This document shows positions 9,994-18,999 of a DNA stretch of 35,255 nt, piece by piece. This stretch comes from a candidate division WOR-3 bacterium (GTDB lineage Bacteria; Hydrothermota; Tepidihabitantia; Tepidihabitantales; Tepidihabitantaceae). The position numbers and the translations under genes were made by a program. The notes under the pieces were generated by a model. The model was not told the origin of the DNA, did not search any database, and was given only the letters and a program-made list of their open reading frames with translations. Position 1 is the first letter of the stretch. Each line of letters begins with the position of its first letter. The stretch lies in contig JBBISL010000020.1 in the NCBI GenBank assembly GCA_037441285.1, positions 1 to 35,255 on the forward strand, written 5' to 3'.

Positions 9994-10503
9994 TTACCTC
10001 ACTTTCAAAGCGATGCCCCGGACATCGTTCCAGTACCGTTTTGGCACCGCCACGGTAACCACCGCACACCGGTTTTGAACTTTGGTATCCAGCACCTTCA
10101 CAACCCGGGCATCGCAAACCCTTTTCCCCTGACGGTTAAGGGCAACAACCTTCTCTCCGGGTTCAGGCCGGGGCAAAAGCTCATAGGGCAGACTGACCGT
10201 AGCCTCCTTCAAAGAATAGTTGTAATTCACGACAAAGATTGCCAAGCCCGGACATCGAGAAATACACATTCCACAGCCGTTACACCGGTTGAAATCCACC
10301 TGCGGGGTGTCGGTCAGATTGCCTTTCATCGTAATCGCCTGCCGCGGACAGGCATCAACGCAGGGGTTACAGGGAATGTTTTCTACGCATTCCACAATCA
10401 CCACCGGTCCCTTTTTCAATCTTTCGACCTCCGGAATTAACCCCCGTGCCTTGAGGTCTGCCTTACTCAATGCTCCGGTACGTTGATAACTCTTTAAACC
10501 CAT
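9994..10503 (-). CDS. 2x[4Fe-4S] ferredoxin-like subunit of an amino-acid dehydrogenase complex
   Basis: ECVENIPCNPCVDACP and CNGCGMCISRCPGLAIF; C-terminal LPYELLPRP domain typical of these subunits. Confidence 0.9.
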   Translation of the reverse strand: MGLKSYQRTGALSKADLKARGLIPEVERLKKGPVVIVECVENIPCNPCVDACPRQAITMKGNLTDTPQVDFNRCNGCGMCISRCPGLAIFVVNYNYSLKEATVSLPYELLPRPEPGEKVVALNRQGKRVCDARVVKVLDTKVQNRCAVVTVAVPKRYWNDVRGIALKVR

Positions 10504-10517
10504 AACAAAAGCACCTG

Positions 10518-10545
10518 ATTATAAGGAAACCGTTGCCCCAGTCAA
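10518..10545 (-). promoter_or_regulatory. sigma70-type promoter for the ferredoxin-sppA operon
   Basis: Minus strand reads TTGACT-16 bp-TATAAT, then 14 nt to ATG. Confidence 0.8.
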
Positions 10546-11121
10546 GAATTAGGCAAAAGTGCTAAACAATCTATAAGATACCAGCGGTGAGAAATCACAC
10601 TTCAACAACTTGCGACCAAACACCCTGACACTTTAATTGTATTGTGCCCTCTTTTTACATCATTCAACTGTTTTAAGACCACTCGATTATGTTCTATCCC
10701 GCTCAACTATAAGAGCCCAAAAAGACAAAAAATTAACGCTTTAAAACAGTCTCATTGCAACAATATACCTATTTACAAATAGTTAGAAAAATTTCCCCGG
10801 ACTGACCAGGAGTAATCCCCGGAACTGTTACCGGGTGGGCTTTTCCATTTTGTTCGGATTCCCAAATCAGTGCCAGGCCCTTTCCCACATCTTACCATTA
10901 TCCTGTTACGACATCTGAAATGGCTCGTGGCTATTCGGTCAGATTGCCGTCTTGTCCGCTCTACAAAACTCTGAACTAACGCCCCATTCCGGCACAAATC
11001 AAATGACTAACACCATTTCCATCGTCCCGCCCCTTTCTTTATTCTGCCCAAAGGCTTATCAAACTCAAATCTAATTGCCTCTTGTCTCCCCTTTACGCTC
11101 CTACTTTTGCTCCATAACAAC

Positions 11122-11149
11122 TTGACTGGAAGGCAATCGGTGTTAACAT
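11122..11149 (+). promoter_or_regulatory. sigma70-type promoter for the nfo operon
   Basis: TTGACT-16 bp (ending TGn)-TAACAT, then 11 nt to ATG at 11161; no SD. Confidence 0.7.
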
Positions 11150-11160
11150 TTCAATACAGC

Positions 11161-12000
11161 ATGCGCTTCGGTTTTCACATATCCATCGCCGGCGGTTTTG
11201 CCAATGTTCGGGCACGAGCCGTTGAACTGGGCTGCGAGACACTCCAGCTCTTTACCCGTTCCCCGCGCGGCTGGGCAGTAACCAAACTTCAAGAAGATGA
11301 TGTGGCGAAGTTTAAATCCGATATGAAAGAGGCGGACCTCTACCCGATTTTTGCTCATGCTCCGTACCTGCCCAATCTTGCCGCTTCCGATTCAACAATC
11401 CGAAAAAGGTCAATCGAAAACATCGCCGAGGAACTCCGACGCTGCGATTTCCTCGGAATCGAGTTTCTTGTCGTCCATGTCGGCAAGGCGCTGGGTGATG
11501 ATGAAAAAACCGCTTTACGCCGGGTTTCCGACAACATCAACTTCATTCTTGAGCGTGTACCCAACCGGGTAAAAATCCTGCTTGAGAACACCGCGGGCAT
11601 GGGCTCGGAAATTGGTTACCGTTTTGAGGATATTGGCCAGATTATCGACCGGGTCGAACAGAAGGACCGGATTGGCGTTACCCTTGACACCGCCCACTCG
11701 TTTGAAGCCGGTTACGAGTGGCGCACCAGAGCGGGCATTGACCAAACCTTACGCCAGTTTGACCGGGCGATTGGCTTTGGCAAACTGTTTCTGCTCCATT
11801 TAAACGACTCCAAAACCGCTTTCGGCTCCCGGGTTGACCGTCACTGGCACATCGGCAAAGGTGAAATTGGCATCAACGGCTTCCGGGAAATCGTCAACCA
11901 TCCCTTACTGAAAAACCTTCCGGGAATTATGGAAACACCCCGTACTTCGGCAAAAGAGGACCACGAGAATATGCGCACCATCCGGAGTCTGGTAAAGTGA
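11161..12000 (+). CDS. nfo: Endonuclease IV (AP endonuclease)
   Basis: MRFGFHISIAGG, QLFTRSPRGW, HAPYLPNL, LENTAG, LDTAH, HLNDSK, DRHWHIG, METP. ATG 11161 preferred over TTG 11107. Confidence 0.96.
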   Translation: MRFGFHISIAGGFANVRARAVELGCETLQLFTRSPRGWAVTKLQEDDVAKFKSDMKEADLYPIFAHAPYLPNLAASDSTIRKRSIENIAEELRRCDFLGIEFLVVHVGKALGDDEKTALRRVSDNINFILERVPNRVKILLENTAGMGSEIGYRFEDIGQIIDRVEQKDRIGVTLDTAHSFEAGYEWRTRAGIDQTLRQFDRAIGFGKLFLLHLNDSKTAFGSRVDRHWHIGKGEIGINGFREIVNHPLLKNLPGIMETPRTSAKEDHENMRTIRSLVK

Positions 12001-13376
12001 GAATCCAGTTCTGGGGTGGTGTCCAGACCGTAACCGGCTCTCAGCACATCTTAAAATCGGGCAAACACCAGTTACTTCTCGAGTGCGGCTTATTTCAGGG
12101 ACACCGCCAAGAGGCTGAAGAAATAAATCGCCATCTACCTTTTAAAGCGGCAAAGGTCAACTGGTGTGCCGCCAGTCATGCCCATATTGACCACATCGGC
12201 AACCTGCCCAATCTGGTGAAAAATGGGTTTAAGGGTCCGGTATTGATGACCAAACCGACCGTTGCCCTTGCCCGTTTGTTGTTGCTCGACTCGGCAAAAA
12301 TCCAGGAGTCTGACATCCGTTACTTGAATAAAAAGCGCCGGGAAAAAGGAGAAAAACCCAAAGAACCCATCTACACAACTGAAGATGCCGAACGGGCTAT
12401 CAACCATCTCGAAGGTGTCGGCTATGCCCGGGTGCAAAACCTTGGTCCCTTCTCGCTCGTTTTTCACGATGCCGGACATATCCTTGGCTCAGCGCTCATC
12501 GATATCGAAGCCGAAGGCAAACGGGTCCTCTTTACCGGTGACCTGGGACGCAAGAAAATGCCCATCATCCGTGACCCGGTACAGGTTGCAGCGGTTGACT
12601 GCCTGATAATGGAAGCGACCTACGGTAATCGGCTGCACGGTCCCTATGAGGATGTTAGCCGGCGCCTATCAACAATTGTCAACCGGGTGGTAAACCGCGG
12701 CGGTAGAATCATCATTCCCGCGTTTGCCGTAGAACGGGCACAGGAAATTGTCTACCATCTCAAACTGCTGCGGGAACAAAACGCCATTCCTGATCTCCCG
12801 GTATTCGTGGATAGCCCATTAGCAAGTCGCGTCACCGAAGTCTACCGCAACAGTACCGCCTATTTTGATGACGAAACTCAAAAATTAGTCGACGATGCCG
12901 GCGGTCCTTTTGACTTTCCCGGCTTGCGCTACATCGACGATGCTGAAGAGTCCAAGAAGTTGAACTACCTCACTGAACCCTGTATTGTCATTTCTCCATC
13001 CGGAATGTGCGAAGCGGGCCGGGTGCTTCACCACTTAAAGCACGGCATCGGCAACCCCAACAATTTGATTCTCATTGTCTCTTTTCAGGCTCAACACACC
13101 CTGGGCCGGAGAATTGCTGAACACCAGCCGGTGGTAAAAATCCTGGGAGAGGAGTATGAACTGCGCGCCGAAGTTGAGGTGATGGATGAGTTCAGCGCCC
13201 ATGCCGACCGCAATGGACTGCTTGAATATGTCAAAAACATTAACCCCAAAAAACTCAAAAAGGTGTTTCTGGTCCACTCCGAACCGGAATCGGCCGAGGC
13301 GCTCCGTACCCCACTTTTGGAAATGGGCATTCCCGAAGTTTTGATTCCACAAAAAGGCGAGGAGTATGAGATTTAA
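11997..13376 (+). CDS. MBL-fold beta-CASP ribonuclease-like hydrolase
   Basis: VTGS, SHAHIDHIG (HxHxDH), AGHILGS, FTGDLG, EATYG, PAFAVERAQE, FSAHAD, VHSE. Confidence 0.93.
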   Translation: MRIQFWGGVQTVTGSQHILKSGKHQLLLECGLFQGHRQEAEEINRHLPFKAAKVNWCAASHAHIDHIGNLPNLVKNGFKGPVLMTKPTVALARLLLLDSAKIQESDIRYLNKKRREKGEKPKEPIYTTEDAERAINHLEGVGYARVQNLGPFSLVFHDAGHILGSALIDIEAEGKRVLFTGDLGRKKMPIIRDPVQVAAVDCLIMEATYGNRLHGPYEDVSRRLSTIVNRVVNRGGRIIIPAFAVERAQEIVYHLKLLREQNAIPDLPVFVDSPLASRVTEVYRNSTAYFDDETQKLVDDAGGPFDFPGLRYIDDAEESKKLNYLTEPCIVISPSGMCEAGRVLHHLKHGIGNPNNLILIVSFQAQHTLGRRIAEHQPVVKILGEEYELRAEVEVMDEFSAHADRNGLLEYVKNINPKKLKKVFLVHSEPESAEALRTPLLEMGIPEVLIPQKGEEYEI

Positions 13377-14040
13377 ATATTTTATCCCCTTGTTACTGCT
13401 CATCACCGGTTGTGACCTATTACTTCAGCTGGACCGAACCCCGCCCATTTGCATTATCCGTTCGCCCGCGGACTCGAGTACGGTTAGCGGCGTTGTTGAT
13501 GTTACGGCTGAGGCTTTTGACTCCATCGGCGTCGCGGCAATTGAATTTTACGCCGACGGCACTATGTTCGCAAAAGAAAGCAGTGACCAGGTTACGGTTC
13601 AATGGGATACCCGGCAGTTACCGGAAGGAACCTGGCATCAACTGTTCTGTATCGCGACCGACCTTTCCGGCAACAAGGGTTATAGCGACACAACAAATGT
13701 CCAGATTCAGACGATTGAACAGCGCAATGTATTTCACGGTCAGTTCACCCTTGCGGACCGTTACTACCGGTGGGTAGAATTCGATGCCCAAATTGGGGAA
13801 ACGCTCATCGGCGACACCCGCACCGCAACGAGCGGAATCCTGAGCCGTTTTCTCCTTCTTGACCAGGAAAACTTCAATCGATTCCGTGCCAATCAGCCCT
13901 GTACCCCTCTTTACGAACAACAGAACATTCGCGAACTCAGCCTCTCCTATGGTTTTTCTTCTTCCGGCACATTTTATCTCGTTTTCGTCAACAACACCGG
14001 TACCACACAGACCTACTGGGCAAGATTTCTCATCAAATAG
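13366..14040 (+). CDS. Lipoprotein with a bacterial Ig-like domain and a C-terminal beta-sandwich
   Basis: Lipobox LITG-C; DRTPP...V..TAEAFD..GV..IEFYADG...WDT...ATDLSGN Ig-like pattern. Confidence 0.8.
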   Translation: MRFKYFIPLLLLITGCDLLLQLDRTPPICIIRSPADSSTVSGVVDVTAEAFDSIGVAAIEFYADGTMFAKESSDQVTVQWDTRQLPEGTWHQLFCIATDLSGNKGYSDTTNVQIQTIEQRNVFHGQFTLADRYYRWVEFDAQIGETLIGDTRTATSGILSRFLLLDQENFNRFRANQPCTPLYEQQNIRELSLSYGFSSSGTFYLVFVNNTGTTQTYWARFLIK

Positions 14041-14044
14041 CCTA

Positions 14045-15585
14045 TGGCTTCTATCCTCTGCATCCTTCTTCTCAACCTTTTCCCAAGACCTGACTGTCCG
14101 GCAATTACATCGGACGACATCAGGCGGTTGTTTGCCCTCGAAAGTATTTACCAGAATACCGCATTAGACACGGCTGGCTCTGTTTCCCTATCTACATCCG
14201 GAGAGCCGATTCCGGGCCGATTTGTCATCGGGTTTGAACCCGGTGCCGAACTGAGCATCATCAAAAAACTTCATCTCACCGGTACTGAAATCAAACTGAT
14301 TGACACATCAGCCCGATTTCTTGTAATTGAGACGCCGGTTACATTATCTTTAACAACTGTGGAACAACAACTGGCTGAAATATCAGGAGTCCGGTTTATT
14401 GAACCTGACTATCCGGCACGTACCTTCTTTCTCCCGAACGACCCGATGTTCTTGAGCACTCAGTGGGACAAATGGGTTATGTACGCCGACCAGGCATGGG
14501 ATATTATTAAAGGAGGCACCATCAAGGTCGCTGTTGTTGATAATGGCGTTGACTACACCCATTACGACCTTGCCGCAAACTTCCGAACAAATGAACTGGG
14601 CTATGACTATATCGGCCAGGACAACGACCCGAGACCGGACAACCCCAACCTTCCCAACGCCTTCCACGGTACCCATGTCGCCGGAATCATTGGAGCGGTT
14701 ACCGATAACCTCATTGGTGTTGCGGGCTGGGCACAGGTACAACTCCTTGCCATTCGGGTCCTCAACGACTCCGGTAACGGCAGCCTTTCCAATGTCGCCC
14801 TTGGTATCCGCTGGGCAGTAGACCATGGCGCCCGGGTGATTAATCTAAGTCTGGGCGGTGATGCCACTACCACCCCTTTAAATGAAGCCTGCAACTATGC
14901 CCTTTCCCATGGAGCGATTTTAATCGCCGCTGCCGGTAACGATGGTCGGGCTAATGTAACCTATCCAGCACGCTTGAGCACCTGTGTCTGCGTCGGGGCA
15001 ACCGATGAGCTGTCTGGACTGGCATCATTTTCCAACTACGGACCAGAGCAAGAGGTTGTCGCCCCGGGCGTAACGATATCATCGACCGCTCCCGGCAACA
15101 GTTATCTCGTCGCCAACGGAACTTCAATGTCCTGTCCCGAAGTTAGCGGTGTCGCCGCTCTTGTCCTCTCGCTAAATTCCACCCTTAACCCAAACGAAGT
15201 GCGAGCCATCCTTGCGGCAAGTGCTATTGATATGGGCTCACCAGGAAAGGACAACCTGTTCGGCTATGGGATGGTTAATGCGGCACGCGCCTTACAATTA
15301 ACCCAAGCTTACACCGGCTCAAAACCGATAAACCCGGCTTTTGCCGGTTTTCAACGCCTTAACGCGCAAGACTCCATTTCGAGTAAAACAATTTTTCGCA
15401 GAACCGAGCTGACCCTGCCGGAAGGGGTTCGAACCGTTGAACTTTTTGACCCCGCCGGGAAAAAAGTCTACCGCATCAACCAAACGCAATCAAAATTTAC
15501 CCTGCCCGGTTCCGGAATTTACTTTCTGATTCTCCATCCCGAAAATCAGACCCCATATTCAGTTAAGTTGATTGTCCCCCGTTAA
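14045..15585 (+). CDS. Secreted S8 (subtilisin/thermitase-like) serine peptidase with a T9SS-like C-terminal domain
   Basis: Triad VDNG / HGTHVAG / GTSMSCP, oxyanion AAAGND, signal peptide and prodomain; C-terminus LFDPAGKKV...GSGIYFL...VKLIVPR. Start coordinate is approximate to +/-1 nt (the ORF track gives 14044). Confidence 0.93.
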
Positions 15586-15923
15586 TCCTCAAAGTATTCG
15601 GCACAGCAATCTTCATTTTCCCAGACCGTAACTCTGAGAACGGGATAAACCTTCTTTAACTCCTTGTAAAAATGCCGGGCAAGGTTTTCTGCGGTGGGCG
15701 GGAAGTTATACACATCATTTAACAACCGATGGTCCGGCAGAATCGCATCAACCTTAGAACGCAGTTCGATGAAGTCTATCACCATACCGGGCGGTGTTAA
15801 CCGGTCCGAACCGACCGTCACTTCGACCCGATAGTTATGACCGTGCATATTTTCACATCGGCCGTCATTGCCACTTAAAAAGTGCGCCGCACTGAAAGAA
15901 CGCACAACTTTTACTGTCCACAT
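15582..15923 (-). CDS. queD: 6-carboxy-5,6,7,8-tetrahydropterin synthase (QueD/PTPS family)
   Basis: FSAAHFL, CENMHGHNY, DHRLLND, PTAENLA, VWE. ATG at 15923 has a GGAGGT SD and is preferred over TTG 15944. Confidence 0.9.
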   Translation of the reverse strand: MWTVKVVRSFSAAHFLSGNDGRCENMHGHNYRVEVTVGSDRLTPPGMVIDFIELRSKVDAILPDHRLLNDVYNFPPTAENLARHFYKELKKVYPVLRVTVWENEDCCAEYFED

Positions 15924-15924
15924 T

Positions 15925-15976
15925 ACCACCTCCATTTTACGCAATTAACCACCTATTTTAACCCACCGCCATTTTA
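15925..15976 (-). repeat. Three imperfect direct repeats upstream of queD
   Basis: Minus strand: TAAAATGGCGGTGGGT (15976-15961), TAAAATAGGTGGT (15960-15948), TAAAATGGAGGTGGT (15939-15925). Confidence 0.6.
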
Positions 15977-15982
15977 AGGCAA
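15955..15982 (-). promoter_or_regulatory. sigma70-type promoter for queD
   Basis: Minus strand reads TTGCCT-16 bp-TAAAAT. Confidence 0.65.
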
Positions 15983-16094
15983 TCAACGCCGAACCCGCTG
16001 GCAAATATCTTCTTGTGAGTTATCCCCACTAAATTGGATTAATCCCTTGATTGATTAAGCCGGGATTTTTGAGACTCACCCTAAACCCATATTC

Positions 16095-16122
16095 TTGACT
16101 GTTCTCTATTTCTTGTTAATAT
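16095..16122 (+). promoter_or_regulatory. sigma70-type promoter for the gcv operon (probably leaderless)
   Basis: TTGACT-16 bp (ending TGn)-TAATAT, then 9 pyrimidines (CTTCTTCTT) to ATG at 16132; no SD. Confidence 0.75.
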
Positions 16123-16131
16123 CTTCTTCTT

Positions 16132-17229
16132 ATGAGTAAAACAACCCCTTTTTATTCTCGGCACCTTGCCGCTGGAGGTAAAATTGTCGAATTCGCAGGC
16201 TACCAACTCCCTCTTCAATTCCGGGGCATCATTCCAGAACACCATCGGGTTCGAACAACGGTCGGTGTTTTTGATGTCTCCCATATGGGAAGAATCAGAG
16301 TTTGGGGCGCCAATGCATTACAATTTATTAACCGAATGACCACCAATGATGCCTCAAACCTCGAGGTTTATCAAGCCCAATATTCAGTCATGTGCTACCC
16401 GGATGGCGGTATCGTCGACGACCTGGTAGTTTATCGCTTGCCCGACCATTTTCTTCTTGTTGTCAATGGTGCCAACAATGAAAAAGACACCGCCTGGTTA
16501 AAAGAACACCTCTCGGGTGATGTCCAATTAGAAAATGTCACCACCGAAGTCGCCCAGCTGGCGGTTCAGGGTCCGAAAGCGGAAGCCTGCTTGCAAAAAA
16601 TCTCATCAATTGGCCTCGCGCCGATTGGATTTTACTGGGCAGCGGAGGGAAAAGTTGCCGGTGTCGATGTCCTGATTTCCCGAACTGGTTATACGGGAGA
16701 AGACGGATTCGAACTTTACATCCCAGCCGAACAGGCGCTAAAAGTCTGGGATGAACTTATGGCAGCAGGCAAGGAATTTGAGATTGAGCCCATCGGACTC
16801 GGTGCCCGCGACACCCTGCGTCTGGAAATGAAATACTGCCTCTATGGCAATGACATCGACCAAACAACAAACCCGCTTGAAGCCGGTCTGGGATTTGTGG
16901 TAAAACTTGATAAACCGGGCGGTTTTATCGGTGCTGAAGTTTTGCAAAAGGTAGCAAATGAAAAACCCCGACGCCGGCTTGTCTGTCTGGAGATGGAAGA
17001 CCGGGCAATACCTCGCCCCAAACTGTCCGTGTTCGCCGATGGCAACCCGGTTGGATTTGTAACCTCAGGCACACTCTCACCATCTCTAAACAAAGGCATC
17101 GCCCTGGCTTATGTTCAACGGGAATCAGCCCGTGTTGGAACCAAACTGACGATTGAAATCCGGGGCAATCGACATCAAGCGGTCCTCATCGCTCCACCAT
17201 TTTATAAGCATGGTTCCAGAAAAAAGTAA
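16132..17229 (+). CDS. gcvT: Glycine cleavage system aminomethyltransferase (T protein)
   Basis: FDVSHMG, GGIVDD, SRTGYTGEDGFE, GLGARDTLRLE, VTSGTLSP. Confidence 0.98.
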   Translation: MSKTTPFYSRHLAAGGKIVEFAGYQLPLQFRGIIPEHHRVRTTVGVFDVSHMGRIRVWGANALQFINRMTTNDASNLEVYQAQYSVMCYPDGGIVDDLVVYRLPDHFLLVVNGANNEKDTAWLKEHLSGDVQLENVTTEVAQLAVQGPKAEACLQKISSIGLAPIGFYWAAEGKVAGVDVLISRTGYTGEDGFELYIPAEQALKVWDELMAAGKEFEIEPIGLGARDTLRLEMKYCLYGNDIDQTTNPLEAGLGFVVKLDKPGGFIGAEVLQKVANEKPRRRLVCLEMEDRAIPRPKLSVFADGNPVGFVTSGTLSPSLNKGIALAYVQRESARVGTKLTIEIRGNRHQAVLIAPPFYKHGSRKK

Positions 17230-17238
17230 GGAGGCACA

Positions 17239-17646
17239 ATGTCATCAATTCCGGCCGATTTGAAATACACCAAAACCCACGAGTGGGTCCGAGTAGAAGG
17301 CGACATCGCCATCGTCGGTATCACCGATTTTGCCCAGAAGGAACTGTCCGACATTGTTTATGTAGAAATCACCGCTTTGGGTAAAACGGTAAAGCAAACT
17401 GAGACCATCGGTTTTATTGAAGCGGTCAAGGCAACTTCCGACATCTATGCCCCAGTATCTGGAGAGGTGATTGAAGCCAATGCCCAGATTAACAAAAAGG
17501 AAGGTGATGCGCCAGCAATGGTAAACCGTGACCCTTATGGCATGGGATGGTTGTGCAAGATAAAAATCTCCAACCCTGCCGAGCTGTCAACACTTCTTGA
17601 CCAAGCGGCATATACCAATCTCGTTCAAAGGTCGCAACACCATTAA
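17239..17646 (+). CDS. gcvH: Glycine cleavage system H protein
   Basis: YTKTHEW, GITDFAQ, lipoyl-Lys motif EAVKA, DPYGMGW; AAGGAGG SD. Confidence 0.97.
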   Translation: MSSIPADLKYTKTHEWVRVEGDIAIVGITDFAQKELSDIVYVEITALGKTVKQTETIGFIEAVKATSDIYAPVSGEVIEANAQINKKEGDAPAMVNRDPYGMGWLCKIKISNPAELSTLLDQAAYTNLVQRSQHH

Positions 17647-17649
17647 CAA

Positions 17650-18996
17650 ATGAAGTTCACCCCTCACACTCCGGAAGATATTCAGTACATCTTACAGAAA
17701 ATCGGGGTAAAAGATGTTGCCTCACTCTTTGACTCCATTCCTCAAGATTTGAAGCTCCGGGACCCTCTTAATCTTCCGCCGGCGCTCTCGGAATTTGAAG
17801 CATTAGTTGAACTCAGACACCTTGCGGATAAAAATCTCGGCACCGACCGACTCATCTGTTTTGCCGGCGGTGGCGCCTATGACCATTACATCCCACCTGT
17901 AATTGATACCATCATCTCCCGACCCGAGTTCTATACCGCCTATACCCCTTATCAAGCCGAAGTCAGCCAGGGCACCCTCCAGGTTATTTACGAGTTCCAG
18001 TCGCTTATCTGTCGGCTGTTCGAGATGGAGGTCGCCAACGCCTCAATGTACGACTGCGCCTCAGCCCTTGCCGAAACGGTTCATATGGCACGGGACATCA
18101 CTAGCCGCCACAGAATCCTCATCTCGGGCACCGTCAACCCCCGTTACCGCGAAGTCGTTGCCACCTATGCCACCGGTTTAAATGTCCCGGTTCAAACCCT
18201 ACCCTACACTGCCAACCTGACCACGGACCTGAAAGCGCTTAACAACACCATTGATAACGACACCGCGGCAGTACTAATCCAGCATCCAAACTTCTTTGGA
18301 TATCTTGAATCGGTGCGCGCAATCGCTCAGATTACCCATGATAAAGGTGCCCTTTTCGTCTGCGCTGTTGACCCGATTAGTCTCGGTATCATTACGCCGC
18401 CCGGTGCCTATAACGCCGACATCGCCGTTGCCGAAGGTCAGAGTTTAGGAATTCCTTTGTCTTTCGGCGGACCGTATCTGGGAATCTTCACCGCGCAGAA
18501 GAGATACATTCGCCATATGCCTGGCCGAATTGTGGCAAGAACGAACGATATTACCGGTAAAACTGGTTATGTTCTGGCGCTGCAGACCCGGGAACAACAC
18601 ATCCGCCGGGAACGTGCCACCTCTAACATCTGCACAAACCAGGCGCTGTGTGCCCTAATCGCTACCATTTTTTTAACCTGGGCCGGGCGCGCAGGGATTA
18701 AAGAAATCGCCAAACAGTGCTGTGCCAAAACTCACTACCTCGCCGACGCCATCAAACACATAACTGGTTTTACGCTCTTGAGTGACCGGAAGTTCGTCCG
18801 GGAATTTACCGTCAAAACGCCGGTTCCTGCCCAAGAGATTGTAAAATCAGGTATCGAATCTGGCATACTACCTGGTGTTGACCTGGGAAATTTTAACCCC
18901 GAATGGAGCCACTGGCTTTCAATAACCGCAACGGAAAAACGGACCAGGGCGGAACTTGACCGTTACATTGATTTCCTTAAAACTTTTAGTGCATAA
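17650..18996 (+). CDS. gcvPA: Glycine dehydrogenase subunit 1 (P protein alpha)
   Basis: EFYTAYTPYQAEVSQG, NASMYD, FGGPYLG, LQTREQHIRRERATSNICTNQAL. Confidence 0.97.
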   Translation: MKFTPHTPEDIQYILQKIGVKDVASLFDSIPQDLKLRDPLNLPPALSEFEALVELRHLADKNLGTDRLICFAGGGAYDHYIPPVIDTIISRPEFYTAYTPYQAEVSQGTLQVIYEFQSLICRLFEMEVANASMYDCASALAETVHMARDITSRHRILISGTVNPRYREVVATYATGLNVPVQTLPYTANLTTDLKALNNTIDNDTAAVLIQHPNFFGYLESVRAIAQITHDKGALFVCAVDPISLGIITPPGAYNADIAVAEGQSLGIPLSFGGPYLGIFTAQKRYIRHMPGRIVARTNDITGKTGYVLALQTREQHIRRERATSNICTNQALCALIATIFLTWAGRAGIKEIAKQCCAKTHYLADAIKHITGFTLLSDRKFVREFTVKTPVPAQEIVKSGIESGILPGVDLGNFNPEWSHWLSITATEKRTRAELDRYIDFLKTFSA

Positions 18997-18999
18997 GAT

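Noticed and set aside
10670..10697. TTATGTTCTAT resembling the XerD arm of a dif site
   Set aside because: Two mismatches to the consensus arm and no XerC arm ending in ATAA six bases upstream.
10773..10997. 74-aa minus-strand ORF in the large spacer
   Set aside because: No SD or promoter, no recognisable motif, and composition unlike neighbouring genes; cannot be supported.
15945..16131. Expected glycine riboswitch before gcvT or preQ1 riboswitch before queD
   Set aside because: No recognisable aptamer motifs; the gcvT promoter sits directly against the start codon and the queD leader is only about 25 nt.
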